Assembly: GCA_030627035.1 (NCBI GenBank)
Contig: DAOUSU010000002.1
Span: forward strand, 1-33,578
Reading direction: 5' to 3'
Source of the DNA: Hadesarchaea archaeon
Lineage (GTDB): Archaea > Hadarchaeota > Hadarchaeia > Hadarchaeales > Hadarchaeaceae
Length of the DNA: 33,578 nt
Below are positions 7,882 through 14,958 of the stretch, one piece after another (position 1 is the first letter of the stretch; each line of letters starts with the position of its first letter). A program made the translations under genes and the position numbers. Below the pieces are notes generated by a model. It did no database searches. It had not been told where the DNA came from and saw only the letters and a list, made by a program, of their open reading frames with translations.

Positions 7882-8949
7882 ATGCGCGTCGTGCTTGTTG
7901 AACGTCGGTCACGCGGGGAAAGGTCTCGCATGGAGGAGCTCGCTGCCTTGGCTAAAACGTTGGATTACGAGATCGTCGCTGCCCTCGAACAAATCGGTGG
8001 GCCTAACCCGGCTTATCACATCGGCAAGGGCAAGGCCCAAGAGCTGGCGAGGTTGGTCCGCTCGAGCGAGGCGGAGCGCGTAATTTTCAACAACCAACTC
8101 ACCCCCTCCCAGGCTTTCAAGCTCTCCCGGCTCGTCGGTGTAGATGTAATCGACCGGTTCCAGCTAATCCTCGAAATATTCGCCATGCGGGCAGGATCGC
8201 CTGAGGCGAAGCTCCAGGTCGAGTACGCCAGACTCCGCTACGAGCTACCGCGCATCCGAGAGCAGGTGCGAGCGATGACCCTGATAGAGCAACCAGGCTT
8301 TCACGGCCCCGGTGAGCCCGAGGTTGACGTTCGCTACGACATGGTCAGGCGAAAACTGGCAAACTTGAGGCGAAAGTTGAGGTCGGTAGGTCGTTCGCGC
8401 GAACAGAGGCGCAAGCGCAGGCGAAGGCGTGGCTTCAAGCTCGTGGCGCTAGCGGGTTATACAAACGCCGGGAAGTCGACCTTGCTAAATGCCCTGACAG
8501 CCGCAAACGCCGAGGTCGATGACATGCTCTTCACGACTCTCATGCCCCGGACGCGCGTCATGGGGGCAAGCCGAAAGGTCCTGCTGACCGACACCGTCGG
8601 CTTCATCGACGGTTTGCCGCCTTGGTTGATCGAGGCGTTTAAGGCGACGTTGGAGGAGATATACCTCGCTGACCTCGTCGTGCTCGTCGTCGATGGGGCC
8701 GAGCCATTGTCGGAGCTTCTTCGAAAACTTCGGACATCGAGGGAGGTGCTTGTAGAATATCCCGTAAAAGTCGTCACGGCCCTGAACAAGATCGATCTCA
8801 TTCCTCCCGAGGAACTTGGGAACAAGCTCGGGGTCCTAAACGATGCTGTGGCAACGATCGTCCCGATCTCGGCGAGCGAGCGCATAAACCTTGCCCCCCT
8901 GATCGAGGCGATAAGGACCAACATTTTCGGCGACAGCAGGGCATCCTGA
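7882..8949 (+). CDS. hflX: GTPase HflX
   Basis: G1 GYTNAGKSTL, G3 DTVGF, G4 NKID. The HflX N-terminal domain carries the conserved EAKLQVEYARLRYELPR helix. The first strand MRVVLV resembles the remembered E. coli HflX N-terminus (EQAVLV), which supports ATG 7882 over ATG 7930. Confidence 0.9.
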   Translation: MRVVLVERRSRGERSRMEELAALAKTLDYEIVAALEQIGGPNPAYHIGKGKAQELARLVRSSEAERVIFNNQLTPSQAFKLSRLVGVDVIDRFQLILEIFAMRAGSPEAKLQVEYARLRYELPRIREQVRAMTLIEQPGFHGPGEPEVDVRYDMVRRKLANLRRKLRSVGRSREQRRKRRRRRGFKLVALAGYTNAGKSTLLNALTAANAEVDDMLFTTLMPRTRVMGASRKVLLTDTVGFIDGLPPWLIEAFKATLEEIYLADLVVLVVDGAEPLSELLRKLRTSREVLVEYPVKVVTALNKIDLIPPEELGNKLGVLNDAVATIVPISASERINLAPLIEAIRTNIFGDSRAS

Positions 8950-9116
8950 GCATCCAGTAAGCCGTTTTAGACTCCAAACTCAAAAAAAGATTGAGAGATG
9001 CGTTAATCTAAGGGTTTAAGCCCAAAAATCGGGTAAAAAGCCATTATCGTGCATTTGAGGCACGTTAATTTTATCTACAAGTTTTGACATAATTATAGGT
9101 CGCTCAGGTGGATGAA

Positions 9117-9656
9117 ATGGGCAAAAAACGTGGGGGTGCAAAGGCCCAACAAAAGCCGCTTGAAGATCCCGTTTTGAGGGGGATCATAATGGGGATAGGC
9201 GGTGAACGTGGATACGAGATAGCGAAGCTTCTGGCCAAGGAGGAGCTAACCGATGACGAGCTTGCGAAAAAGATCGAGATCCGCGTGAACCTCGTCCGAA
9301 GGATCCTCTATGACCTCTATGAGAACCGCGTGGTAAGCTACCGCAGGGTCCGGGACGAACACAGCGGGTGGTACATTTACTACTGGCGGATCGATCCGGA
9401 GCGGGCGGTTGGGTACTTCAATGAAAACAAGCGCCTCCTCCTGCAAAAGCTTGAGAAGCGCCTGGAAGTGGAGCGCAGCGCGATGTTTTTCGGGTGTCAG
9501 GAGGGTTGCCCCAAGCTCCCATTCGAGCTCGCGGCCGAGAACGACTTCAAGTGTCCGCGGTGCAACGGGAAGCTTGAGCCCTATGATAACTCGAACGTGA
9601 TCAAGGCCCTCGAGCGGCAGATAGAATCGCTTCGACAGCAACTCGTGGGGAGTTAA
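9117..9656 (+). CDS. tfe: Transcription factor E (TFE, TFIIE-alpha homolog)
   Basis: Winged-helix N-terminal half plus a zinc ribbon (CQEGCPKLPFELAAENDFKCPRCNGKL). ATG 9117 is preceded by CAGGTGG 6 nt upstream. TATA-like AATTTTAT and ATAATTATA lie at 9067-9098. The track start is GTG 9108. Confidence 0.85.
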   Translation: MGKKRGGAKAQQKPLEDPVLRGIIMGIGGERGYEIAKLLAKEELTDDELAKKIEIRVNLVRRILYDLYENRVVSYRRVRDEHSGWYIYYWRIDPERAVGYFNENKRLLLQKLEKRLEVERSAMFFGCQEGCPKLPFELAAENDFKCPRCNGKLEPYDNSNVIKALERQIESLRQQLVGS

Positions 9657-10171
9657 TGTTCAGGCGTGAGGATGCGCTGCGCGTGCTGCGCGAGGTCGGT
9701 TGTTCGAGGGAAGTCATCCAGCATTGTCTTGCCGTCGAGCGGATTTCTCTAAGACTCGCCCGGCGAATTCGCGCTAATGGCAACAAGCTCGACCTGAGGC
9801 TCGTAAGTCTGGGCGCGTTGCTGCACGACATCGGGAGGGCACGGACACATGACATCCGGCACGGTGTAGAGGGGGGCAAAATTCTTCGTGAACTCCGTCT
9901 GACCGATTTTGTCAATTTTGCCGAACGCCACCTCGGCGCGGGCATCACCGCTGTAGAGGCAAAAGATCTTGGATTGCCCGAGCGGGATTTTGTGCCAAAA
10001 ACGCTTGAGGAAAAGATTGTCGCATACGCAGACAAGCTCGTGATGGGCGAGCGGGGCGCATCGTACGAAGAGGCCCTAAAGTGGTTCAGATCTGAGCTCC
10101 GGCCGACTCACCCCGCCATCAAACGTTTTGAGGCTCTTCATATGGAGATCCAAAGGTTGTTGGGTAAATGA
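9656..10171 (+). CDS. HD-domain metal-dependent phosphohydrolase
   Basis: 171 aa with the HD motif (ALLHDIGRARTHDIRHGVEGG). The start ATG overlaps the tfe stop by 1 nt (TAATG), so the two genes are probably co-transcribed. Confidence 0.8.
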   Translation: MFRREDALRVLREVGCSREVIQHCLAVERISLRLARRIRANGNKLDLRLVSLGALLHDIGRARTHDIRHGVEGGKILRELRLTDFVNFAERHLGAGITAVEAKDLGLPERDFVPKTLEEKIVAYADKLVMGERGASYEEALKWFRSELRPTHPAIKRFEALHMEIQRLLGK

Positions 10172-10289
10172 TGGTGGGCCCGCCGAGATTCGAACTCGAG
10201 TTCTCACCGAACCCAGACACCTTGTGAGGGTGATGTTTGTTAGGGAAGGGAAGGCACCCTTACCCTCTTAACCACTGGACCACGGGCCC
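10172..10289 (-). tRNA. tRNA-Val(CAC) with two introns (30 nt at 10237-10266 in the D-arm; 13 nt at 10210-10222 at canonical 37/38) and an encoded CCA
   Basis: The minus strand reads GGGCCCGTGGTCCAGTGGTTAAG[AGGGTAAGGGTGCCTTCCCTTCCCTAACAA]ACATCACCCTCACA[AGGTGTCTGGGTT]CGGTGAGAACTCGAGTTCGAATCTCGGCGGGCCCACCA. Removing the bracketed segments gives a 75-nt cloverleaf: 7-bp acceptor GGGCCCG/CGGGCCC, U8, A14, G15-C48, GG in the D loop, anticodon arm TCACC-CUCACAC-GGTGA, and T arm TCGAG-TTCGAAT-CTCGG. Both introns sit in bulge-helix-bulge motifs (details in findings). Confidence 0.85.
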
Positions 10290-10310
10290 AGTAAAATTTT
10301 GGTAGCGCGG

Positions 10311-10324
10311 TATTAAACTTTTAG
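10311..10324 (-). promoter_or_regulatory. Candidate BRE/TATA promoter of tRNA-Val
   Basis: The minus strand reads CTAAAAGTTTAATA. The TTTAATA element ends 21 nt upstream of tRNA position 1, which fits the archaeal TATA spacing of about -26. Confidence 0.5.
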
Positions 10325-10602
10325 AAACCGGGCGCTCAGTTGCAGCTACGCTATGCCCAAATCGACCGACAGGCGTTTGCCCCTTCCCTGCCGAGTTCCA
10401 CGAGTTCCCGCTCGGATCTTTCCTCCGCTGGAGGTCCTGCACCCGCTTCACCTGTCCATCTTCTTGCCCCCAGCCAATGTGTCTCGCCATCGGGGAAATG
10501 GGACGGTTTTAGGATGTACATAATTGTACTAAAAAGGCTTAAATAGACTATCAGGGAAAAAAAGATGGAGGTTTGAGACACGTGCGCCTCAGGGAAATAG
10601 CG

Positions 10603-10611
10603 TTAAATAGA
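10603..10611 (+). promoter_or_regulatory. Candidate TATA box for the permease operon
   Basis: TTAAATAGA lies about 49 nt upstream of ATG 10660. An identical 9-mer is at 10539-10547. GAGGTGA lies 4 nt upstream of the ATG. Confidence 0.35.
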
Positions 10612-10659
10612 GGCACCATCGTCAGTAATTTTGTTCTAAAAGTGAGGTTGAGGTGAAAC

Positions 10660-12216
10660 ATGCCGAAAGAAGAGCCAGTGGTTTTCGTCCGAAGGGCATC
10701 CGGATTGGTCAGGGAACTTGGCTCCCTCGACATAATGGCAGCGGTGATGGCCACCGTCGTAGGGGCTGGAATCCTCTACTTTGCGGTGAAAGCACCCGTT
10801 GATTTTCCGGGCGCGAGCATCCCCGGAGCCTATCTGATCGCTGCGCTTTTGGAAATCCCCTTCGTCGCTTGTATGGGGCTAATGGTGACGAGTTTGCCGA
10901 GATCCGGCGGATTGTACGTCCCGATAAGCAGGGTACTTAACCCGACGATCGGTTTCGTCGGAGGGTGGGCTTTCTTCATATGCTTGGGGCTTGTCATAGG
11001 GGTCGTTAGCTTTGTCTCGATGCTTACCCTCGGAACCGGTTTCATAATAATCGGTTCGTTGATCGGGCCCCTGAAAGGTGTTGGATCGGCCCTTTGTTCG
11101 CCGATCGGATCTACCATGGGAGCGCTCGTTTTGTTGTTCATCGCCTGGATGTTGATCCTGAGGGGGATCAGGGCGAGCAAAAATGTTATAAGGGCCATCG
11201 TGTTCATCCCCTTCATAGTCTTGGTGGCGGTCGCTCTTTACTTCCTTGCAATCGGCCCCGGTGGAGCGGCCTCGAACATAGATACAGTATGGGGGCCGGG
11301 GGTGTTTTCATCCGTTATCGCCTCCGCAAAGGGGGCCGGCTGGAAATCCGTTCCCTTTACCCTAGGGGCCACGGTTCCCGCTTTGCTTGCGGTCCTGTGG
11401 GCGTATGGGGGCTCCGAGAACGCGGCAAATCTCGGTGGGGAGATGAGGATGATGGGCAAGAAGATAATGTATAGCTTCATAGCCGCGATCACGATCGTCG
11501 CCGTCATTTACCTGTTGGTAACAACGGCAACTTATCATTCCTTCGGGGATTTCATCCCGGCTTACGCCTATTTGCAAACCAATGCCCCCAATACCCTGGA
11601 GGGGATAATACCCGGGGCGGTGGAACCCTCGATCCCGTTTTACATGGCATCCTCGATCACGAGCCCATGGGTTGCCTTCGTGTTGATCTTGCTGCTTGCC
11701 CTTTGGCCTATAAATTCGGTTATCATCATCACGCTGGGCTGCTCCAGGCTCCTCTTTGGGATGAGTTTCGATAGGGCCCTGCCGGAAAGAATTTCAAGCG
11801 TAAATAAAAGGGGTTCCCCAACTTGGGCAACACATTTAACCGTCCTCATCGCGATCATAGGAATCTTCATAATTCGTCAGGGCGTGTCTTCATTGCTCGG
11901 AATTTTGACCATAACCAATGTAACTATTTACTGGCTCTTCGGCCTGGCCGTCGCGGTGCTGCCATTCCTGAGGCCAGATATCTTCGACAGGATACCGGTG
12001 AAGAGCAAATTCGCCGTTTCCGCGATCGGCGTGTACAGCTTTTGCTTCGGATTTTTCGCATTTCTTTTGGCGGCCACCGAGCTCACCATCCACATGATTT
12101 TGATGTTTATAGCCCTGCTTCTAATTGGCCTGATCCTGTATGGATGGCAGCAAAACAAGAACGTGGAGAAGGGAATAGATCTCGGAAAAATTTACGCCCA
12201 AATTCCCCCAGGCTGA
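10660..12216 (+). CDS. APC-superfamily amino acid/polyamine permease
   Basis: 518 aa and hydrophobic throughout, with about 12-14 predicted TM segments and Gly/Ala-rich helices typical of APC transporters. Confidence 0.8.
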   Translation: MPKEEPVVFVRRASGLVRELGSLDIMAAVMATVVGAGILYFAVKAPVDFPGASIPGAYLIAALLEIPFVACMGLMVTSLPRSGGLYVPISRVLNPTIGFVGGWAFFICLGLVIGVVSFVSMLTLGTGFIIIGSLIGPLKGVGSALCSPIGSTMGALVLLFIAWMLILRGIRASKNVIRAIVFIPFIVLVAVALYFLAIGPGGAASNIDTVWGPGVFSSVIASAKGAGWKSVPFTLGATVPALLAVLWAYGGSENAANLGGEMRMMGKKIMYSFIAAITIVAVIYLLVTTATYHSFGDFIPAYAYLQTNAPNTLEGIIPGAVEPSIPFYMASSITSPWVAFVLILLLALWPINSVIIITLGCSRLLFGMSFDRALPERISSVNKRGSPTWATHLTVLIAIIGIFIIRQGVSSLLGILTITNVTIYWLFGLAVAVLPFLRPDIFDRIPVKSKFAVSAIGVYSFCFGFFAFLLAATELTIHMILMFIALLLIGLILYGWQQNKNVEKGIDLGKIYAQIPPG

Positions 12217-12222
12217 TTTTGG

Positions 12223-13167
12223 ATGAGAATTTTCTTCTCGGCGGATGTACACGGTAGCTCGGCCATTTGGAAGAAATGGGTCAACGCCGCTAAGTTTTAC
12301 CACGCCGACGTGCTGATGCTCTGCGGCGACCTCACGGGGAAGGGTCTAATCCCGCTGATAGAGCAGGGCGATGGATCGTACATCGTTCATTATTTTAAAA
12401 AATATAAACTCAAGGGAGAGAAGGAAATAAGAAAAATTGAGGAGAAGATCTCCGCCTCGGGATTTTACACGAAGAGGTGCACCAAGGATGAGGTGGAGGA
12501 GATGCAGGGGGACCGAGCGAAGGCTAATGAGGCGATAAAGGAGGCCATGAAGGAGAGGATGAAGCAATGGCTGGAAATCTTGGTAAAAAAGGTCGACACG
12601 AAAAATGTTACCGCTATCGTGATGCCCGGCAACGACGATGAGCCTGAGATAGACCCGATAATCAAGCTTTACGAGGCCGACGGCGTTATTTACCCGATCG
12701 GGAAGGTTGTAGATATCGGTGGATTTGAGACGATCAGCCTGCCCGATGTCAACCCAACGCCCTGGAACACCCCCAGGGAGGCCACCGAGGGGGAATTGAA
12801 GAAGAAATGCGATAAACTTATAAAGAAACTTTCGGACCCGCGTCGAGCGATCTTCAATTTTCACTGTCCGCCCTATAACACGATGCTCGACCTCGCCCCA
12901 GAACTGGATGGGAATTTAAAACAGGTGATAATAGCAGGCCAGCCCCAAATGCGCCACGTCGGAAGCAAGTCCATAAGGGAGGCCATAGAGGAGAATCACC
13001 CCCTGATCGGTCTGCACGGCCATGTACACGAGTCCCCCGGGGCGGATAAGGTCGGAAATGCGCCCGTGATAAATCCAGGTTCGGAATACGAGAGGGGGAT
13101 ACTGAGGGGGTTTATCGTGAACATGACCAAGGAAGGGGTAACGAATTACTGGAAGGTCGAGGGATGA
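12223..13167 (+). CDS. Calcineurin-like metallophosphoesterase
   Basis: Motifs in canonical order: SADVHGS, CGDLTGKG, GNDD, and GHVHES near the C-terminus. Starts 6 nt after the permease stop. Confidence 0.8.
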   Translation: MRIFFSADVHGSSAIWKKWVNAAKFYHADVLMLCGDLTGKGLIPLIEQGDGSYIVHYFKKYKLKGEKEIRKIEEKISASGFYTKRCTKDEVEEMQGDRAKANEAIKEAMKERMKQWLEILVKKVDTKNVTAIVMPGNDDEPEIDPIIKLYEADGVIYPIGKVVDIGGFETISLPDVNPTPWNTPREATEGELKKKCDKLIKKLSDPRRAIFNFHCPPYNTMLDLAPELDGNLKQVIIAGQPQMRHVGSKSIREAIEENHPLIGLHGHVHESPGADKVGNAPVINPGSEYERGILRGFIVNMTKEGVTNYWKVEG

Positions 13168-13168
13168 T

Positions 13169-13933
13169 ATGAGCTTTGAGCTGAGGAAACAGGAGAGGAA
13201 ATTTTTCGAGCTGAAGGATGATATCATGCGGAGGGCGGATGAGATGGGGATAACGCTGCGCGTACTTGGGGCGGTCGGGGTGAGGATCCATTGTCCCAAG
13301 TTTAAATACATAGAATATTCGGCGGGCAGGAAGCTCTCCGATTTGGATTTTGCGGCTTATAACTCCAGCGCGGAGGGGATCGAGAAAATCTTCGCCGATC
13401 TTGGGTGGGCGGAGGACAGATTTGTAAGGGCCCTGTACGGAACTAAGAGGCGCATCTTTCACTCGAAAAATGGAATGCACTCAGATATCTTCTTCGATAA
13501 ACTGGAATTCTGCCACGATGTAAACCTACGCGGGAGGCTTGAGATAGACTACCCGACTATATCCTTGGTGGATCTGCTGTTGGAAAAATTGCAAATAGTG
13601 AAGCTCAACGGGAAGGATGTTGTCGATATGATGACGCTGCTCCGAGAACACGAGGTTGGCGAGGCCGATGACGAAACGATAAACATCGAGTACCTCGCCT
13701 CGTTATGCGCGAAGGATTGGGGGCTTTGGAAGACGGCGACCGCGAACCTGAACAAGCTGGTGGATTTTTTGCCGATGCTCAAAAAAGGGGACGCGAGGGA
13801 TGTCGGAGCCAAGATCAAAAGGGCGCTGGAGGCGATAGAGGGGAGGCCGAAGACGCTCAAATGGAAGCTGAGGGCCAAGATGGGGGAAAGGCAAAAGTGG
13901 TATAGGGAGGTCGAGGAATTATACAGGCAATGA
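13169..13933 (+). CDS. Nucleotidyltransferase-fold protein, AbiEii/MenT (DUF1814)-like at motif level
   Basis: 254 aa. It has LGAVGVRIH...RKLSDLDF (a Gly-rich strand plus DxD), HSDIFFD, and LLEKLQIVKLNGKDVVDM (EK ... KDxxD). As I recall, the DUF1814 motifs are GG, RxSxDLDF, EK and RDLYD. Starts 1 nt after the phosphoesterase stop (TGAtATG). Confidence 0.5.
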   Translation: MSFELRKQERKFFELKDDIMRRADEMGITLRVLGAVGVRIHCPKFKYIEYSAGRKLSDLDFAAYNSSAEGIEKIFADLGWAEDRFVRALYGTKRRIFHSKNGMHSDIFFDKLEFCHDVNLRGRLEIDYPTISLVDLLLEKLQIVKLNGKDVVDMMTLLREHEVGEADDETINIEYLASLCAKDWGLWKTATANLNKLVDFLPMLKKGDARDVGAKIKRALEAIEGRPKTLKWKLRAKMGERQKWYREVEELYRQ

Positions 13934-13963
13934 ATCCCCAGCGGGTTAAAGGAGGTGTCGTTC

Positions 13964-14287
13964 GTGAAAATTTCTTATGAGGAATTCAAAAAAATGGATT
14001 TGAGGATCGGAAAGGTGATCGAGGCCGAGAGGATACCTGGGAAGACCAAGATCCTGAAATTGAAGGTCGATGTCGGGACTGCAACGCTCCAGATCGTCGC
14101 GGGCGGGGCCGAGCACTACCCCCCGGATTTTTTCAAGGGCAGGCAGGTCGTCGTGCTCACGAACTTGGAATCGAGGAGGATAGCTGGGGTGGAATCCACC
14201 GGCATGATCCTAGCGGCGGATCACGGGGGCAAACCGGTCTGGCTGGGCATAGAGCAGGAAGTACCTCCGGGGACGATCGTTAGATAG
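13964..14287 (+). CDS. tRNA-binding domain protein (Trbp111/CsaA/EMAP-like OB fold)
   Basis: FKKMDLRIGKVIEAERIPGKTKILKLKVDVG...QIVAG......GRQVVVLTNLESRRIAGVESTGMILAA is the classic tRNA-binding domain signature found in the MetRS C-terminal domain and CsaA. I prefer GTG 13964 because GGAGGTG lies 6 nt upstream. The track start is GTG 13955. Confidence 0.85.
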   Translation: MKISYEEFKKMDLRIGKVIEAERIPGKTKILKLKVDVGTATLQIVAGGAEHYPPDFFKGRQVVVLTNLESRRIAGVESTGMILAADHGGKPVWLGIEQEVPPGTIVR

Positions 14288-14574
14288 GACATCGACGTGA
14301 AACCCGAGCGAATTAGGGCATCGTCAAAGCCATAACTGCCAGCGAGGGCGTCTCGCTCATAACCGTCGGCGGAGCGGGGATCCTTGCACGAGGAGCTTAA
14401 ACTTGGCTGTAAGCTATTTTTATGATGATGGAAAGCTATTACTTTATTTCTGGCTCTTCACGCATTTTTCCTTTATCTGGTGATAGTCCGCAATTACCTG
14501 TTGCCCACCACCCAGGCTACCACGCCACTAAGACTTTGGGTTAAGAAATCCATCGCGCTTCTGGAAATACTAAA

Positions 14575-14958
14575 CTATCCAACCCCAACTGTCGCTTCGT
14601 CCGCATTGACGATCAGTTTATCTCCTGTCTTGATCTTGTCGATATCAATTCCGTCGACACAGGGGATCCCAGCCAGAATGACTCCCGTCGCCACAACCGT
14701 TTCCGTTTCCTTATTCACGATCGCTGCAGGAGCAACTCCATTTCGCTTCATCCCATAAATCACGTATGACCCTACAGTGGAGCCCTTTCCCTGCGGAAAA
14801 ACTAGGATTTTCTCCTTAACCGATTGCCCTTCAAGCTCGTGCCCCTTCTCAATCACGACGCCGGTCTTGGGGTCGATTCCGCCGTAGAACCCTATCGGCT
14901 CCTTTGAAACAATCGCCTCGCCCTCTGCTTTTCCTGGACTGATCATGCGACCCTTCAC
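14575..14958 (-). CDS. Aconitase X swivel-domain protein (DUF126); putative phosphomevalonate dehydratase small subunit
   Basis: 127 aa with an AcnX small-subunit pattern (GEAIVSKEPIGFYGGIDPKTGVV...KILVFPQGKGSTVGSYVIY). Overlaps the stop of the large subunit by 4 nt. Confidence 0.82.
   Translation of the reverse strand: MKGRMISPGKAEGEAIVSKEPIGFYGGIDPKTGVVIEKGHELEGQSVKEKILVFPQGKGSTVGSYVIYGMKRNGVAPAAIVNKETETVVATGVILAGIPCVDGIDIDKIKTGDKLIVNADEATVGVG

Noticed and set aside
9048-9064. Short inverted repeats near promoters: CGTGC-N7-GCACG upstream of tfe; TAAACGGA/TCCGTTTA (20437-20444 and 20509-20516) upstream of the JAMM gene; GTACA-TAAT-TGTAC at 10516-10529.
   Set aside because: Stems of 5-8 bp are expected by chance at this scale. 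There is no second copy and no associated regulator gene to support an operator role.
10172-10289. Alternative tRNA models: a single canonical intron with an anticodon read from the 5' part (CUU, UCC, CCC, CCU readings), or AGGGT/ACCCT as the anticodon stem.
   Set aside because: These models put C or A at position 33 or a pyrimidine at position 37. They give no pairing partner for the 3' stem strand (CGGTG/GGTGA) and no BHB motif. The two-intron model satisfies every canonical position and yields two BHB motifs.
10405-10435. RNase P RNA: the minus strand reads GCGGAGGAAAGAUCCGAGC, resembling CR-I GAGGAAAGUCCGGGC. It is followed by GGCAGGG...AACGCCUG, resembling the segment just after CR-I in E. 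coli M1 RNA.
   Set aside because: Only about 90-120 nt remain downstream before the tRNA promoter and gene, and about 60 nt of plausible sequence lie upstream. There is no room for P5-P15 or the specificity domain, and no CR-IV/CR-V (ACAGAANCCGGCUUA) is present. The putative P4 partner is just a local 5-bp hairpin. I kept the region only as an unknown structured element. SRP RNA was rejected for the same size reason and because there is no GNAR-capped helix 8 motif.
10260-10581. Track ORFs 10260-10490 (-), 10340-10546 (+) and 10351-10581 (-).
   Set aside because: The first overlaps the tRNA gene and its promoter. All three have low-complexity, Pro/Gly/Ser/Arg-rich products typical of random frames in GC-rich DNA, and none has a convincing RBS.
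14422-14505. C/D-box-like pattern on the plus strand: AUGAUGA at 14422-14428, GUGAUAG further downstream, and CUGU where box D would be.
   Set aside because: D' and D are not CUGA (ACUU and CUGU instead). There is no terminal stem, and the C-to-D distance is about 80 nt. This is too degenerate to call.
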